DNA of 34,674 bases from sequence record PQ738613, one strand, 5' to 3'. This document shows positions 18,714 through 27,861 of the stretch, one piece after another. The translations under genes and the position numbers were made by a program. Below the pieces are notes generated by a model. It was not told the origin of the DNA, searched no databases, and saw only the letters and a program-made list of their open reading frames with translations. The number at the start of each line of letters is the position of its first letter. The first letter of the stretch is position 1. The stretch comes from Escherichia phage PhiKM.

Positions 18714-19284
18714 GCCATTACAACTCCCGCCACCGCTTGAGGGTGATATCAGTCTCAGGACGCTGGGAAGACTGGCAGGACGGCTGGATAACATCGACCT
18801 GAGCGTACTGATGGTCTTTCTCGTCGATATCGTCGACAGTTCCGCGCTGCCATGGCTGGGCGAGCAGTTCTCACTGTCTGGCGATGGCTGGGAGCTGGCG
18901 GAATCGGACGATGTTCGCCGCATGCTTATAAAAGCAGCCATCGAACTGCACCGGTATAAAGGGACGCCGTGGTCAATCCGGGAAGTTATCCGCCGTTTTG
19001 GCTTTGGTGAAGTGGATCTGATTGAAGGCACAGGTCGTCTCAGTTACGACGGCAATCGCAGCTATAACGGACTGTTTGTTCATGGAGATGCAGCCGCCTG
19101 GGCAGTTTATCGCGTTATTCTGAAACAGCCCATTACTAACGATCAGGCCGCGATGCTGCGTCAGACGCTGGCTGCATTTGCACCGGCCCGCTGCCATCTG
19201 GCCAGCCTGGAGTATCAGTCTGTGGCCATTCGCTATAACAATACCGCCATCCATGATGGCAGTTATAACCACGGGAGCAGTTGA
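18706..19284 (+). CDS. tail protein I (P2 gpI-like)
   Basis: 192-aa ORF between J and tail fiber, overlapping both. Confidence 0.7.
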   Translation: MTEPLQLPPPLEGDISLRTLGRLAGRLDNIDLSVLMVFLVDIVDSSALPWLGEQFSLSGDGWELAESDDVRRMLIKAAIELHRYKGTPWSIREVIRRFGFGEVDLIEGTGRLSYDGNRSYNGLFVHGDAAAWAVYRVILKQPITNDQAAMLRQTLAAFAPARCHLASLEYQSVAIRYNNTAIHDGSYNHGSS

Positions 19285-19286
19285 TT

Positions 19287-20246
19287 ATGGGAAACCTGAA
19301 TGAAACAGAAAAGTGGGAAGAAAATATCTATCAACTGGAGACATCAGATCCGGTTCTGGGTGGTGCAGACGGGATATCAAATCGAGCCCCCCGGCAACTG
19401 GCAAACAGGACGAAATGGCTGAAGAAGAAAACGGAGGAAGCCGCACAGTCACTGGCTGAACACGTACGTTCCCGTAACCACCCGGACGCGACACTGACAG
19501 CTAAGGGGTTCACCCAACTGAGCAGTGCCACCAACAGCACCTCTGAAACGCTGGCCGCCACACCAAAAGCGGTCAAGGCTGCATACGACCTGGCAGCCGG
19601 CAAGGCGCCTGCCAGCCACACTCACCCGTGGAGTCAGATAACGGGAGTGCCTGCGGCTTCACTGACGGCAAAAGGCACCGTACAACTGAGCAGCGCCACG
19701 GACAGTCAATCAGAAACTGAGGCTGCCACGCCGAAGGCGGTCAAGGCTGCATACGACCTTGCAGCCGGCAAGGCGCCCGTCAGCCACACTCACCCGTGGA
19801 GTCAGATAACGGGAGTGCCTGCTGCCTCGCTGACGGCAAAAGGCACCGTACAATTGAGCAGTGCCATCAACAGCACGTCTGAAATACTGGCCGCCACACC
19901 GAAAGCGGTCAAGGCTGCATACGATCTGGCAAACGGAAAACAACCGGCAGATGCCACGCTCACTGCTCTGGCAGGACTTGCCACTGCAGCAGATCGGTTG
20001 CCTTATTTTACCGGAGCAGACCGCGCAGAGCTGGCAACCCTTACAGCTATTGGTCGCGCTATTATCGCTAAGGGCAGTATAAAAGATGTCCTCAATTACC
20101 TTGGTTTGGGGGAAGGCTCGGCGCTGCCCGTTGGTGTACCTGTTCCGTGGCCCACTGCCACACCGCCAGCAGGCTGGTTAAAGTGCGACGGGCGCGCCTT
20201 TACAAAAGAACAATATCCTGTTCTGGCCAGAGTACAATGCCTTTAA
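19287..20246 (+). CDS. tail fiber protein, N-terminal portion with three 56-aa repeats; apparently 3-prime truncated
   Basis: ATG 19287 with SD GGGAG; contains tail-fibre repeat motif (TPKAVKAAYDLA...SHTHPWSQITGVPAAS) three times and the conserved PAGWLKCDGRAF region, then ends abruptly (YPVLARVQCL-stop) where homologs continue; no tail fiber assembly gene follows. Confidence 0.7.
   Translation: MGNLNETEKWEENIYQLETSDPVLGGADGISNRAPRQLANRTKWLKKKTEEAAQSLAEHVRSRNHPDATLTAKGFTQLSSATNSTSETLAATPKAVKAAYDLAAGKAPASHTHPWSQITGVPAASLTAKGTVQLSSATDSQSETEAATPKAVKAAYDLAAGKAPVSHTHPWSQITGVPAASLTAKGTVQLSSAINSTSEILAATPKAVKAAYDLANGKQPADATLTALAGLATAADRLPYFTGADRAELATLTAIGRAIIAKGSIKDVLNYLGLGEGSALPVGVPVPWPTATPPAGWLKCDGRAFTKEQYPVLARVQCL
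19493..19925. repeat. tandem 168-bp repeat, about 2.6 copies, inside tail fiber gene
   Basis: Near-identical units starting 19493, 19661, 19829 (for example gcggtcaaggctgcatacgacc recurs at 19569, 19737, 19905). Confidence 0.85.
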
Positions 20247-20249
20247 TCT

Positions 20250-20544
20250 GCAAATTCTTACGCTGATTGTGATCCACCAGCGTGATGCTGTCGCCCGGCT
20301 GCACGTTGAGGCGTTCCGCCAGTTTGACGCCGATCATCGCATTACGGTCGTCAAAACTAACGCCAATCCAGCTACCGGTGACCTGCCAGTACGGCACCAG
20401 TTTTTGCAGCGACTCGAACCACACGCCAACCATCACCACTTTTTCCAGCTCGGTACGCGCCATGCCGTACAACCACGGACTGGCGCCATGCACCAGCCCC
20501 TGCGGCGCCTGATCGAGAATGCTCTGCAACTCCTGCTGCGGCAT
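20250..20544 (-). pseudogene. fragment of a non-phage gene; region reminiscent of the periplasmic domain of FtsX-family (LolC/LolE/MacB-type) ABC permeases
   Basis: Minus-strand ORF lacks phage context; motif pattern IGVKLAERLNVQPGDSITLV resembles the conserved periplasmic-domain segment of LolC/LolE as remembered; no intact gene is present. Confidence 0.25.
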
Positions 20545-20575
20545 ACTGGAACCGTGCCCCGGCCCGATGTAAAAA

Positions 20576-20651
<76 letters not shown>

Positions 20652-20652
20652 T

Positions 20653-20730
<78 letters not shown>

Positions 20731-20739
20731 TTGCAGATA

Positions 20740-21129
20740 TTACTCTTTTTTCTCCGTATCTGCATCGGGTTCATCAGCAAATAGCTTGCCCTGCATCCGA
20801 TCCAGTTCTTCTTTTCTTACCCGCTTAACCACGCTGTAGACCCACTGAAGCGAAACACCAAATTTGCGGGCCAGTTCGTGGTGGTTGCGTCCGTTAAACT
20901 CCCTGAAGATTTCCCGGTCGCGCTGACTGACCTTCCATACCATGCCCATCGGGAAATAAACGTTTTGCCCGCCCCAGACCTGCATCATTCGGTTCGCGAC
21001 GGCCTGACCAATCTGGTCGGCAACTTCGGGCTCAATATCAATAATCTCGCGAACGGTCTCAGAGGTATGCTGTGCCAGTTCCACCAGGAGTTCCGGCCCC
21101 TTACTTCGAAACTGATTCAGGTCGCTCAT
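20740..21129 (-). CDS. mor: Mor/C-family transcriptional activator (middle/late operon regulator)
   Basis: 129-aa ORF, SD GGGAG; strong resemblance to Mu Mor C-terminal region (GGQ.VY.P.G...FNGRN..EL...GVS..WVY...KR.R). Confidence 0.85.
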   Translation of the reverse strand: MSDLNQFRSKGPELLVELAQHTSETVREIIDIEPEVADQIGQAVANRMMQVWGGQNVYFPMGMVWKVSQRDREIFREFNGRNHHELARKFGVSLQWVYSVVKRVRKEELDRMQGKLFADEPDADTEKKE

Positions 21130-21550
21130 GTTTGACTCCCGCAGCTCTGCGCTGCCACTTCTTCAGTTTCTCAATAACACTGCTTGCCTGTTCAGTACTG
21201 AGCCAGCGCAGGGCGCTGATGCCCGTTTCCCGCTTGATCCACCTCGCTAATGCATTTTCTGAACGGTCACGAACAATGCCGGCAGCAGCCATTTCAAGCC
21301 ATAGCGCACGAATTTTCCTGGACTGCGGATGGTTATCAAGCGGTAAACCGGAGCTGGCTTTTCTGGCTGGTTTAACGCGAAAGCCTTTCTTTTTCATGGA
21401 TTCCAGCACGCAGTTTAGTTGTGTGGTATCCATTCCTTTGGTTGAGGCTTTACCGGTCAGCCCCTGTAACATCTGGCGGTAGGTGTCTTCATCCATACCC
21501 AGTTCATTACGGGCAATATGGATAAGCTGTATCAGGCGTTTTTTCTGCAT
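21101..21550 (-). CDS. gemA: GemA-like protein (Mu gp16 family)
   Basis: 149-aa ORF with SD AAGGAG, immediately upstream of and overlapping mor as in Mu. Confidence 0.7.
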   Translation of the reverse strand: MQKKRLIQLIHIARNELGMDEDTYRQMLQGLTGKASTKGMDTTQLNCVLESMKKKGFRVKPARKASSGLPLDNHPQSRKIRALWLEMAAAGIVRDRSENALARWIKRETGISALRWLSTEQASSVIEKLKKWQRRAAGVKHERPESVSK

Positions 21551-21551
21551 A

Positions 21552-21758
21552 TCATCTCCTTTTTTTCAGTCTGTCGGCAACAATGTCGGTTGCAGCTGGC
21601 AGGGTGACTGGCCAGAACAACATGACGGCGGTCATGTACAGGATGTAATGCGCGGTGTCGTAGTGCCTGCCATAGCCCAGGGAACGATGAAGTCTTGCGC
21701 TGCATGATCCTGCGTACATATACCAGAAAAGAAAACAGACAATGGTTTCAGTAGTCAT
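21552..21758 (-). CDS. small membrane protein (hypothetical)
   Basis: ATG at 21758 with SD GGGGAGG; hydrophobic 68-aa product; track ORF 21552..21914 has unsupported N-terminal extension. Confidence 0.45.
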   Translation of the reverse strand: MTTETIVCFLFWYMYAGSCSARLHRSLGYGRHYDTAHYILYMTAVMLFWPVTLPAATDIVADRLKKRR

Positions 21759-21978
21759 TCTGAATACCTCCCCATTCGATATGAATATTACGGGCAGCAA
21801 TGACAGGGTCGTTATTCCACCATGCACCTGACATGTATTTTTCAACCTGTTCGCGTCCGGCAATAACACCAATTGTGATCCCCGGCCTGACGTTCTTAAA
21901 AAAGGCGCGGGCAAAAAGGTATCTGGCAGATATTCGGCAGGCTTTTAATTTCCGGCTTTTACCTGATAGCGTAATCAT
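21748..21978 (-). CDS. hypothetical protein
   Basis: 76-aa ORF, SD GGAGG 4 nt upstream; ATGA overlap with upstream gene. Confidence 0.4.
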   Translation of the reverse strand: MITLSGKSRKLKACRISARYLFARAFFKNVRPGITIGVIAGREQVEKYMSGAWWNNDPVIAARNIHIEWGGIQNDY

Positions 21979-22658
21979 CTGGCCTCCAGTTTCTGTTGTT
22001 CCTGCCCACTGACCGGGCGGTGCAGTCTGACGTTCTGCCCTTCACGAAACCCCGCATAGCGCGAGGCGTCGCCATTGCGGCTTCTTCCCGGTTTACGCGC
22101 CCTGGTGGTTTGCGTCTGCGGGTATTTATGTTCCAGCCACTGCTGCATCAGTTCACGCTCATCATCGGTCAGGGCAAAGGACTGTATTTCACTGATAACG
22201 GCCAGCACCCAGCCTTCGGCAAACTGGTCTCCACGGCTGGTGCGGGTGGCGGTTTTTATTCTTTTGTTCTGTGCACTGATATACTGCTGACGCGCCTTTT
22301 TCAGCTGACGGGCCAGCACTTCCCAGGTGTATGCAGCCAGTGCCGCACGTTCCCGGTTGCCGTAGAACCCCACAGACGGATGCGTGCCGGGGTGAATGAT
22401 GGAGTTAACACCAAATACCTCGCGGATGATGTTCATCAGGCCCAGCATGTAGCGCGGTGGACGGAGACTGCCTGTCGGCCAGTAGTGACTGATGGTTTCA
22501 TCAATATCACTCATAGCAATGTCGGAATGTGTGATGCCGTGAACATCCATCAGTTTACGGGCTCGGCGCAGTGCCAGAGCGGCCTCGTGCGGGTTGCCGG
22601 ATGCGGCCAGCGCCAGCAACTTTTTCAGTTTCTCAATGTGTTTATTCTGGTCTGTCAT
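21975..22658 (-). CDS. hypothetical early-region protein
   Basis: Start at 22658 (ATGA overlap with upstream gene, SD GGAG) preferred over track start 22694. Confidence 0.5.
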   Translation of the reverse strand: MTDQNKHIEKLKKLLALAASGNPHEAALALRRARKLMDVHGITHSDIAMSDIDETISHYWPTGSLRPPRYMLGLMNIIREVFGVNSIIHPGTHPSVGFYGNRERAALAAYTWEVLARQLKKARQQYISAQNKRIKTATRTSRGDQFAEGWVLAVISEIQSFALTDDERELMQQWLEHKYPQTQTTRARKPGRSRNGDASRYAGFREGQNVRLHRPVSGQEQQKLEAR

Positions 22659-22870
22659 TGTTCTGTATCTCCGGTATTTTTCTGCCGTTTCCATGCCCGG
22701 ACAGCGTCGGACAGCTCTTTCAGGCTGTATGCTGCTTTAAGCTTTTCCCATAACCACTGTGTTGTTATGTGCATCAGCAGGGCAGCCAGGGCTGCCCCCG
22801 CACTGAGGCATGTCGCCAGGCCAGTAAGAATCAGTGTCCATGCGGTGATTTCCCTGAGTATGTCAGCCAT
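22655..22870 (-). CDS. small membrane protein (hypothetical)
   Basis: 71-aa ORF with SD GGGAGG; one predicted hydrophobic helix (WTLILTGLATCLSAGAALAALL). Confidence 0.5.
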   Translation of the reverse strand: MADILREITAWTLILTGLATCLSAGAALAALLMHITTQWLWEKLKAAYSLKELSDAVRAWKRQKNTGDTEQ

Positions 22871-22884
22871 TGAATGCCTCCCGG

Positions 22885-23181
22885 TTACTCGTTCGTGTAA
22901 ATCACGCCCAGTCGTGCAGCCAGACGTTCCAGTTTTTTCTGTTTGTGGAAGTCAATCAGCCGGTCCATCCCCTGAAGGCGCAGTTGCTCTGTCATGATTT
23001 CCACGTCTGCCAGCTCTGCCGCGAGGTCACTTTCGCTGCCCTGTCCGTTCAGGTTGCGGGCGGCACTGGCCGCCAGTTCAGCGGCCTCTTCTGCCAGTTT
23101 CAGGGCCTGTGCGTCCGGCCCGAAACGCTGCAGGGCCAGACGGTAGAGGGCGGTGCGGGTGAGTTCGGTGTTTCGTGTCAT
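22885..23181 (-). CDS. hypothetical protein, possibly MazG-like NTP pyrophosphohydrolase fold
   Basis: 98-aa ORF, SD GAGGG; two Glu-rich helices (LAEEAAELAASA ... AAELADVEIMTEQL) resembling MazG-type EExxE motifs; tentative. Confidence 0.4.
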   Translation of the reverse strand: MTRNTELTRTALYRLALQRFGPDAQALKLAEEAAELAASAARNLNGQGSESDLAAELADVEIMTEQLRLQGMDRLIDFHKQKKLERLAARLGVIYTNE

Positions 23182-23190
23182 GCCGCGCCC

Positions 23191-23463
23191 TCAGTGCTTC
23201 CGGCTGACGGTGATGTGCAGGCCGCCTTCTGCAGTGGTTTCCATCCGGTACGGCACCTCATGCTCTGCCGTGTGGGTGAGTGTGTTCATCAGTACCTGCA
23301 GGGCAGCCTCCTTTCCGTTGGTCGCCACAATGGCCTGTGTGGCCATGCTGATTAGCGCCGTCAGGACGTGCTTCACATCGGTGAGGTCGCGGCATTCACA
23401 CTCGTTGACATAGTGTTCAACAAGGGTTCGGGTGCGCTGTCGTGCTTCCTGTGGGGTAATCAT
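23191..23463 (-). CDS. hypothetical protein
   Basis: 90-aa ORF with SD GGGAGGA; coupled to neighbours. Confidence 0.45.
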   Translation of the reverse strand: MITPQEARQRTRTLVEHYVNECECRDLTDVKHVLTALISMATQAIVATNGKEAALQVLMNTLTHTAEHEVPYRMETTAEGGLHITVSRKH

Positions 23464-23654
23464 TGCGAGTCCTCCCTGTCAGGGCGGGAGAATTCCATGA
23501 CGGGCACGTCTGCCGAAAAATGCTGGCTGCAGTACGGGCAGACCAGGGTGACGCGTACCGCAGGGATGTGGTATTTACCGGACATCACGGCGATGGCGCT
23601 GTGAAAACGCAGGGCTGTTATATCCCTCTCGCACTGAATACATTTAAATATCAT
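23460..23654 (-). CDS. zinc-ribbon protein (CxxC...CxxC), possible regulator
   Basis: 64-aa ORF with SD GAGGAG; Cys at positions 5, 8, 39, 42. Confidence 0.5.
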   Translation of the reverse strand: MIFKCIQCERDITALRFHSAIAVMSGKYHIPAVRVTLVCPYCSQHFSADVPVMEFSRPDREDSQ

Positions 23655-23751
23655 GATTTAATTCTCCTCTGTTTCCGGCGTGCAGAAGCCCGCGGCGCTG
23701 ACGTCGGAATAAAAAAGAAAATGTTTTTATTAAATAATTAACGTGGTGTGT

Positions 23752-24282
23752 TTACTGCACATCCTGCTCAAAAGGAATTATTGAAAAATCCTCAATGTCG
23801 CTTTTAATGGAAATACCGGGAATATTTTTCACGGCCTCTTTTTCATTCAGGATAGCGTCTTTATTTATTTCCTCTTTTACACGAATAAAGCGCTCAAGCC
23901 CCAGACGTCTCAGTAATTCAATAACATTATCCGCCCCACGGATACTGACTGATGGCGGACGGTTTCGCCACTGCACCTCGCCGGTGGTGAGGTTAGCGAA
24001 CTTCACCTTCCCGTTGCCGGTCAGTTCATCACGGTGTGCCTCACACCATGTCTGAATACCGGACTGCAGTTCGGCCATGCGTTTTTTCAGGCTCTCGGTG
24101 AGCGGGGCATAACGTGCGGTGATATCGCCAATGGCGTCATTCATTTCTGTTTCAGCCCTGACCAGTTCACGTTGTGCGTCACCGAGTAGTCTGATTCCCT
24201 CAATGACCTCTTCACGTGTCCCCGGCACCCAGAGTGCTGCTGCGGCCTTGATACGTTTTGCACCTTTTGTACTTTTTGCCAT
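23752..24282 (-). CDS. gam: host-nuclease inhibitor protein Gam (Mu Gam family)
   Basis: 176-aa product with extensive similarity to Mu Gam as remembered (NRPPSVSIRG, IEDFSIIPFEQ). Confidence 0.9.
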   Translation of the reverse strand: MAKSTKGAKRIKAAAALWVPGTREEVIEGIRLLGDAQRELVRAETEMNDAIGDITARYAPLTESLKKRMAELQSGIQTWCEAHRDELTGNGKVKFANLTTGEVQWRNRPPSVSIRGADNVIELLRRLGLERFIRVKEEINKDAILNEKEAVKNIPGISIKSDIEDFSIIPFEQDVQ

Positions 24283-24309
24283 TTTTTATGATTTCTCCAG
24301 TTGTGCTGA

Positions 24310-24579
24310 TTACCACAAAGATTCCGGCCACACGACGCGACAGCCGTGCAGTTCGAAAACGCCCTGACGGAAATATCCCCTGTGGTCATGTCCGGTATAC
24401 AGATAACAGGCCTTTCCCTGCTCAAGCATGCGCATGCAATGCGCACTCCGGGAAACGCGGATGACAGGTTTGTTACCCCTGATGGTGATGCTTTGTACAT
24501 CCGTGTTCGTCGCCTTAAGCGCCATAATGGCTGACTGCACTTTGCTGATTTGCTGGTTGATACCTGTGGTGGATTTCAT
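24310..24579 (-). CDS. hypothetical protein
   Basis: 89-aa ORF, SD AAAGGGG; lies between transposition ATPase and gam. Confidence 0.5.
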   Translation of the reverse strand: MKSTTGINQQISKVQSAIMALKATNTDVQSITIRGNKPVIRVSRSAHCMRMLEQGKACYLYTGHDHRGYFRQGVFELHGCRVVWPESLW

Positions 24580-24581
24580 TA

Positions 24582-25748
24582 TTAAACCCCTTTGACAACG
24601 TCAGCGTTGACCTGTGGAACCCCGATTTCAGCGGCCAGATTCATGGCGGCTATTACCAGGTTACTGACGGCCAGCGGATACAGCAGGCTGACCATATTTT
24701 TACGGTGACTTCCCGGATTGCTCAGGCGGGCACGTATGGCATCCACTGCACCGGCGTCCATAATGTCCGTCAGCTGTTTACCGGCCCGTTGCAGTTTGAA
24801 CGTCAGAAATTCTTCAAGGTTATTGTCCAGAGGCAGAAGTTCGACCACCTCACAGCGCTGAACGACTTCACGGACTTCCATATTGCGTTCAGACAGTTTT
24901 GTCGCCAGTTCCGGCTGGCCAATCAGCACGATGGACAGCAGTTTTTTGAAACCGGACTCCAGCTCAAAAAAGCGTTTGAGGTGTTTCAGTGTCGGAATGG
25001 GCAGACTGTGGGCCTCCTCAATCACCAGAACGTGGCTGAACCCCGCCTGGCTGCTGTCTTTCAGGACGCGATGCAACTGGCGAAAACGGGCGTCCTGACT
25101 GCGTCTGATGCTTTCCAGTGGTGCGATGGTACTGATAATGGCTTCGGCAATAGCTGCTGCCTTCAGGGTTTTCCCTTTCACATCGTTGTCTTCCATAGCG
25201 ATGATGTATGGCTCGATAACAATTACCGGCGCATTCTCGCGGTTGATACGTTCAGTCAGGTCGCGGCGCAGCGTGGATTTACCCGCACCGGACTCACCGA
25301 TGACGGCCATAAACCCACCATGACGGGCTGTCTGGTACAGCGCCTCACGCACGTAGCGAATGTCCGGGGTGGTGAACACATCATCAGAACCCTGCATGGC
25401 TTCGTCGGCGAACGGGTCACGGAAAAGACCAAACGCTTTTTTGGTTGCTGGAAATAACACCTGTTTTTTGAGTAACATATTCTCTTCCTCACTGAGGCTC
25501 GTTTTATCTGTGGTACCCGCTGTACGGGGCGTGGCCGCGCCCTGTACAGCATCAAAACTCTTCGTTGTATCAATCCCCTGACTTTCCAGCCAGGACGCAA
25601 GACGCCGGCGCACTTCTCCGGGGCTGGTGCGGGGCCACGCGTTATGATTCACAATCTGGGCCAGCGTGGCCTCAGAAACATCGACAGCTCTCGCCACCAC
25701 CGCCTGTGGAATACGGGCCTCTTTCAGTTGCTGCTTCAGTACCAGCAT
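24582..25748 (-). CDS. transposition ATPase (AAA+, TniB/ExeA/MuB-like B subunit)
   Basis: Walker A GESGAGKST and Walker B VLVIEEAH; ATG at 25748 preceded by GAGGAGGG; track start 25787 is a GTG whose N-terminal residues would be encoded by the SD itself. Confidence 0.8.
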   Translation of the reverse strand: MLVLKQQLKEARIPQAVVARAVDVSEATLAQIVNHNAWPRTSPGEVRRRLASWLESQGIDTTKSFDAVQGAATPRTAGTTDKTSLSEEENMLLKKQVLFPATKKAFGLFRDPFADEAMQGSDDVFTTPDIRYVREALYQTARHGGFMAVIGESGAGKSTLRRDLTERINRENAPVIVIEPYIIAMEDNDVKGKTLKAAAIAEAIISTIAPLESIRRSQDARFRQLHRVLKDSSQAGFSHVLVIEEAHSLPIPTLKHLKRFFELESGFKKLLSIVLIGQPELATKLSERNMEVREVVQRCEVVELLPLDNNLEEFLTFKLQRAGKQLTDIMDAGAVDAIRARLSNPGSHRKNMVSLLYPLAVSNLVIAAMNLAAEIGVPQVNADVVKGV

Positions 25749-25758
25749 GTTTCCCTCC

Positions 25759-27528
25759 TCAGTTGCCGTTAACAATGCTGATAACACTGCTGCGGGCCGG
25801 TGTGGTCAGCGTGGCCATGACTTCATCCAGTGCGGCTTCCGGTACGCCGTCCGGGTACTGTGCCGTTAACTGGCGGTAATGTTCCGGCGTCCAGGTAAGG
25901 CCGTCGGCGCTGAACTTATCGCGCAGGGCTTTCGCGGCCTCCACATGAGTCATGGGACGTTGTTCAGTGCGCGGCCCGCGTACGTCAGAGGCCTGACCAC
26001 GCTTCGGCATATAGGCCGGAAGTGTGGTGTCGTCGATATGTTTATACGGGTCAAGCCGCCCGCCGAACGGCAGCGCCTTCGCCTTGCGTGCGGCGGCTGC
26101 ATCTGCGGCGTTGTCTGTACCGGTAACCAGCGCTTCGGTTTCTTTTGCCGCCATCTGTGCCGGGGTTTCCGGCAGGGCTTTGTAACTTTCGCCAAATACC
26201 GCCGCGCCTTCAGCAAAGCCAAACTCGTTCTTTCTGACCTCTTCGACCAGGAAGAACGTCTCGTGGCCGTCCTCACCGGTCAGAACCACCTGTGCCACAT
26301 CGCTGCGCCATGGGTTACGGGTAATCATCAGTTTTTCACCAACCAGTACGCCCGGTACCGTTGATACGTCAAATTCAGTGCCCCGGAACGAGACACGAAG
26401 TTTTGGCGTGACTTTGCGGAGTTCTGGTGCCGCCACAGCCAGTTCACGACATACCTCAACGGAAGGCGCTTTTTTCAGCTGCTCAGCAGTAATCTTCAGC
26501 CAGATATCCGTGCGGGTTTTACCGTGGCGGCTGTGAACAGCCGTGGCGTTAAAGTGGCTGCGCCATTTCGCGGCCAGCGCGTTGAGTTCTTCCAGACTGT
26601 GAACCGGCCGGAACTTCAGACCCGGCTCCAGCTTGCGTTCGATAATGTCACGCGCCTTTTCCACCTGTCCGGTGGCGCGGGCGTTATGCGGCTTGTGCGC
26701 TATCAGGTCGATGCCCAGTGAGCGGCACATGTTTTTCGTCATACCCGCGGTGTTTGCCGAGCCGGGGTCGAGATAGAGTATTTTCGGCACGCCGTGCAGC
26801 ACGTCTGCGCCGCCACGCTCCTGCATGGCGTTGATAAGCACAGAACACAGGTTCTCACCTGATTCCGCGCCCGTCACATACTCAACGTAAATCCAGCCGC
26901 TGGCATGGTCGGTAATCTCGTAACTCCACACGCGGTCACTGGCGATACGGGCAAGGTTAGCGGGCTTGTTCTTGTAGAACTTCGCGCTGTCCATCACCTG
27001 CAGCCCTTTATGTCCATTGCTCAGGTAGTAAAGCGTGCAGAGTGAGGCGTCAATCTGCCAGACATGATTGGGATGCAGACTGGCCACTTCGGTATGTGGT
27101 GCAGGGGCATCCAGTTGTTCCGGGTGCAGGCCATAGTTACGCAGAGCACGGCTGATGGCATCTTCAGACAACGGGAAAAACTCACTGGTGGTTTCATCTG
27201 TTCTGCCTGCGGTGATAAAGCCGTTAGCCCGCAGGGTTTCCACTGCATCTGCGATGGAATAGAGACGCTTACCGTTCTTGCGGGTGGCCTCACGCAGTGT
27301 GGCAGATATCAGCGCGGCTTCGTCGCGGGTCAGGGCGCTGCGCCCGGCATCGGCGCGTTTTTTGCGTTTATCAGTCACAGATACCTCCTTCAGCCTGCGC
27401 AGCAGAGTGGCGCGGGACATGCCAAGTTCAGCACAGGCAGCGTCGTATATTGCACCGCGTTTACCATGCCCCGCGTCACGTGCCGCGCGGGCTGTTTCAA
27501 CCAGTTTTTCAGTCAGTGCCGGGGTCAT
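25759..27528 (-). CDS. DDE-type transposase (integrase-core, Mu A functional analogue)
   Basis: 589-aa ORF immediately upstream of the ATPase; N-terminal HTH-like region and rve-like core (HVWQIDAS ... LYLDPGSANT). Confidence 0.8.
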   Translation of the reverse strand: MTPALTEKLVETARAARDAGHGKRGAIYDAACAELGMSRATLLRRLKEVSVTDKRKKRADAGRSALTRDEAALISATLREATRKNGKRLYSIADAVETLRANGFITAGRTDETTSEFFPLSEDAISRALRNYGLHPEQLDAPAPHTEVASLHPNHVWQIDASLCTLYYLSNGHKGLQVMDSAKFYKNKPANLARIASDRVWSYEITDHASGWIYVEYVTGAESGENLCSVLINAMQERGGADVLHGVPKILYLDPGSANTAGMTKNMCRSLGIDLIAHKPHNARATGQVEKARDIIERKLEPGLKFRPVHSLEELNALAAKWRSHFNATAVHSRHGKTRTDIWLKITAEQLKKAPSVEVCRELAVAAPELRKVTPKLRVSFRGTEFDVSTVPGVLVGEKLMITRNPWRSDVAQVVLTGEDGHETFFLVEEVRKNEFGFAEGAAVFGESYKALPETPAQMAAKETEALVTGTDNAADAAAARKAKALPFGGRLDPYKHIDDTTLPAYMPKRGQASDVRGPRTEQRPMTHVEAAKALRDKFSADGLTWTPEHYRQLTAQYPDGVPEAALDEVMATLTTPARSSVISIVNGN

Positions 27529-27543
27529 AGCTTGTCTTCCCTG

Positions 27544-27861
27544 TTATCCGATTCTGGCGGCAATTTTTCTGGCGAGGTCGCACAGTGTTTCGCCATCGCA
27601 GGTTTTCACCACGGTATTTACCGGTTGCGGTGCAACTACCGGGCGTAATGCTGACTGATTCTGCAGACGTCTTATCTGCTGCATCAGCATCACCTCCATC
27701 GTCAGTACAAACGGGTGCGTCTCCTGTGCGGGTACGCAGATTTCACCGGAAGGGGTCACCACGCGGAAACCCTGCACCATCTCCGGCAGCAGATTACACA
27801 GTGCGTGCCCCAGTGCCTCCGGGCTGTCCATCAGGGTATTTTGTGTGTTATTCGTATTCAT
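27544..27861 (-). CDS. hypothetical protein
   Basis: 105-aa ORF, SD GGAGG; TAATG overlap with upstream gene. Confidence 0.45.
   Translation of the reverse strand: MNTNNTQNTLMDSPEALGHALCNLLPEMVQGFRVVTPSGEICVPAQETHPFVLTMEVMLMQQIRRLQNQSALRPVVAPQPVNTVVKTCDGETLCDLARKIAARIG

Noticed and set aside
19493-19925. CRISPR array
   Set aside because: The only tandem repeats are 168-bp coding repeats within the tail fiber gene; no short repeat-spacer structure was seen anywhere.
25749-25787. Track start (GTG 25787) of the transposition ATPase
   Set aside because: The first 13 codons would be encoded by the sequence that forms a strong SD for the ATG at 25748.
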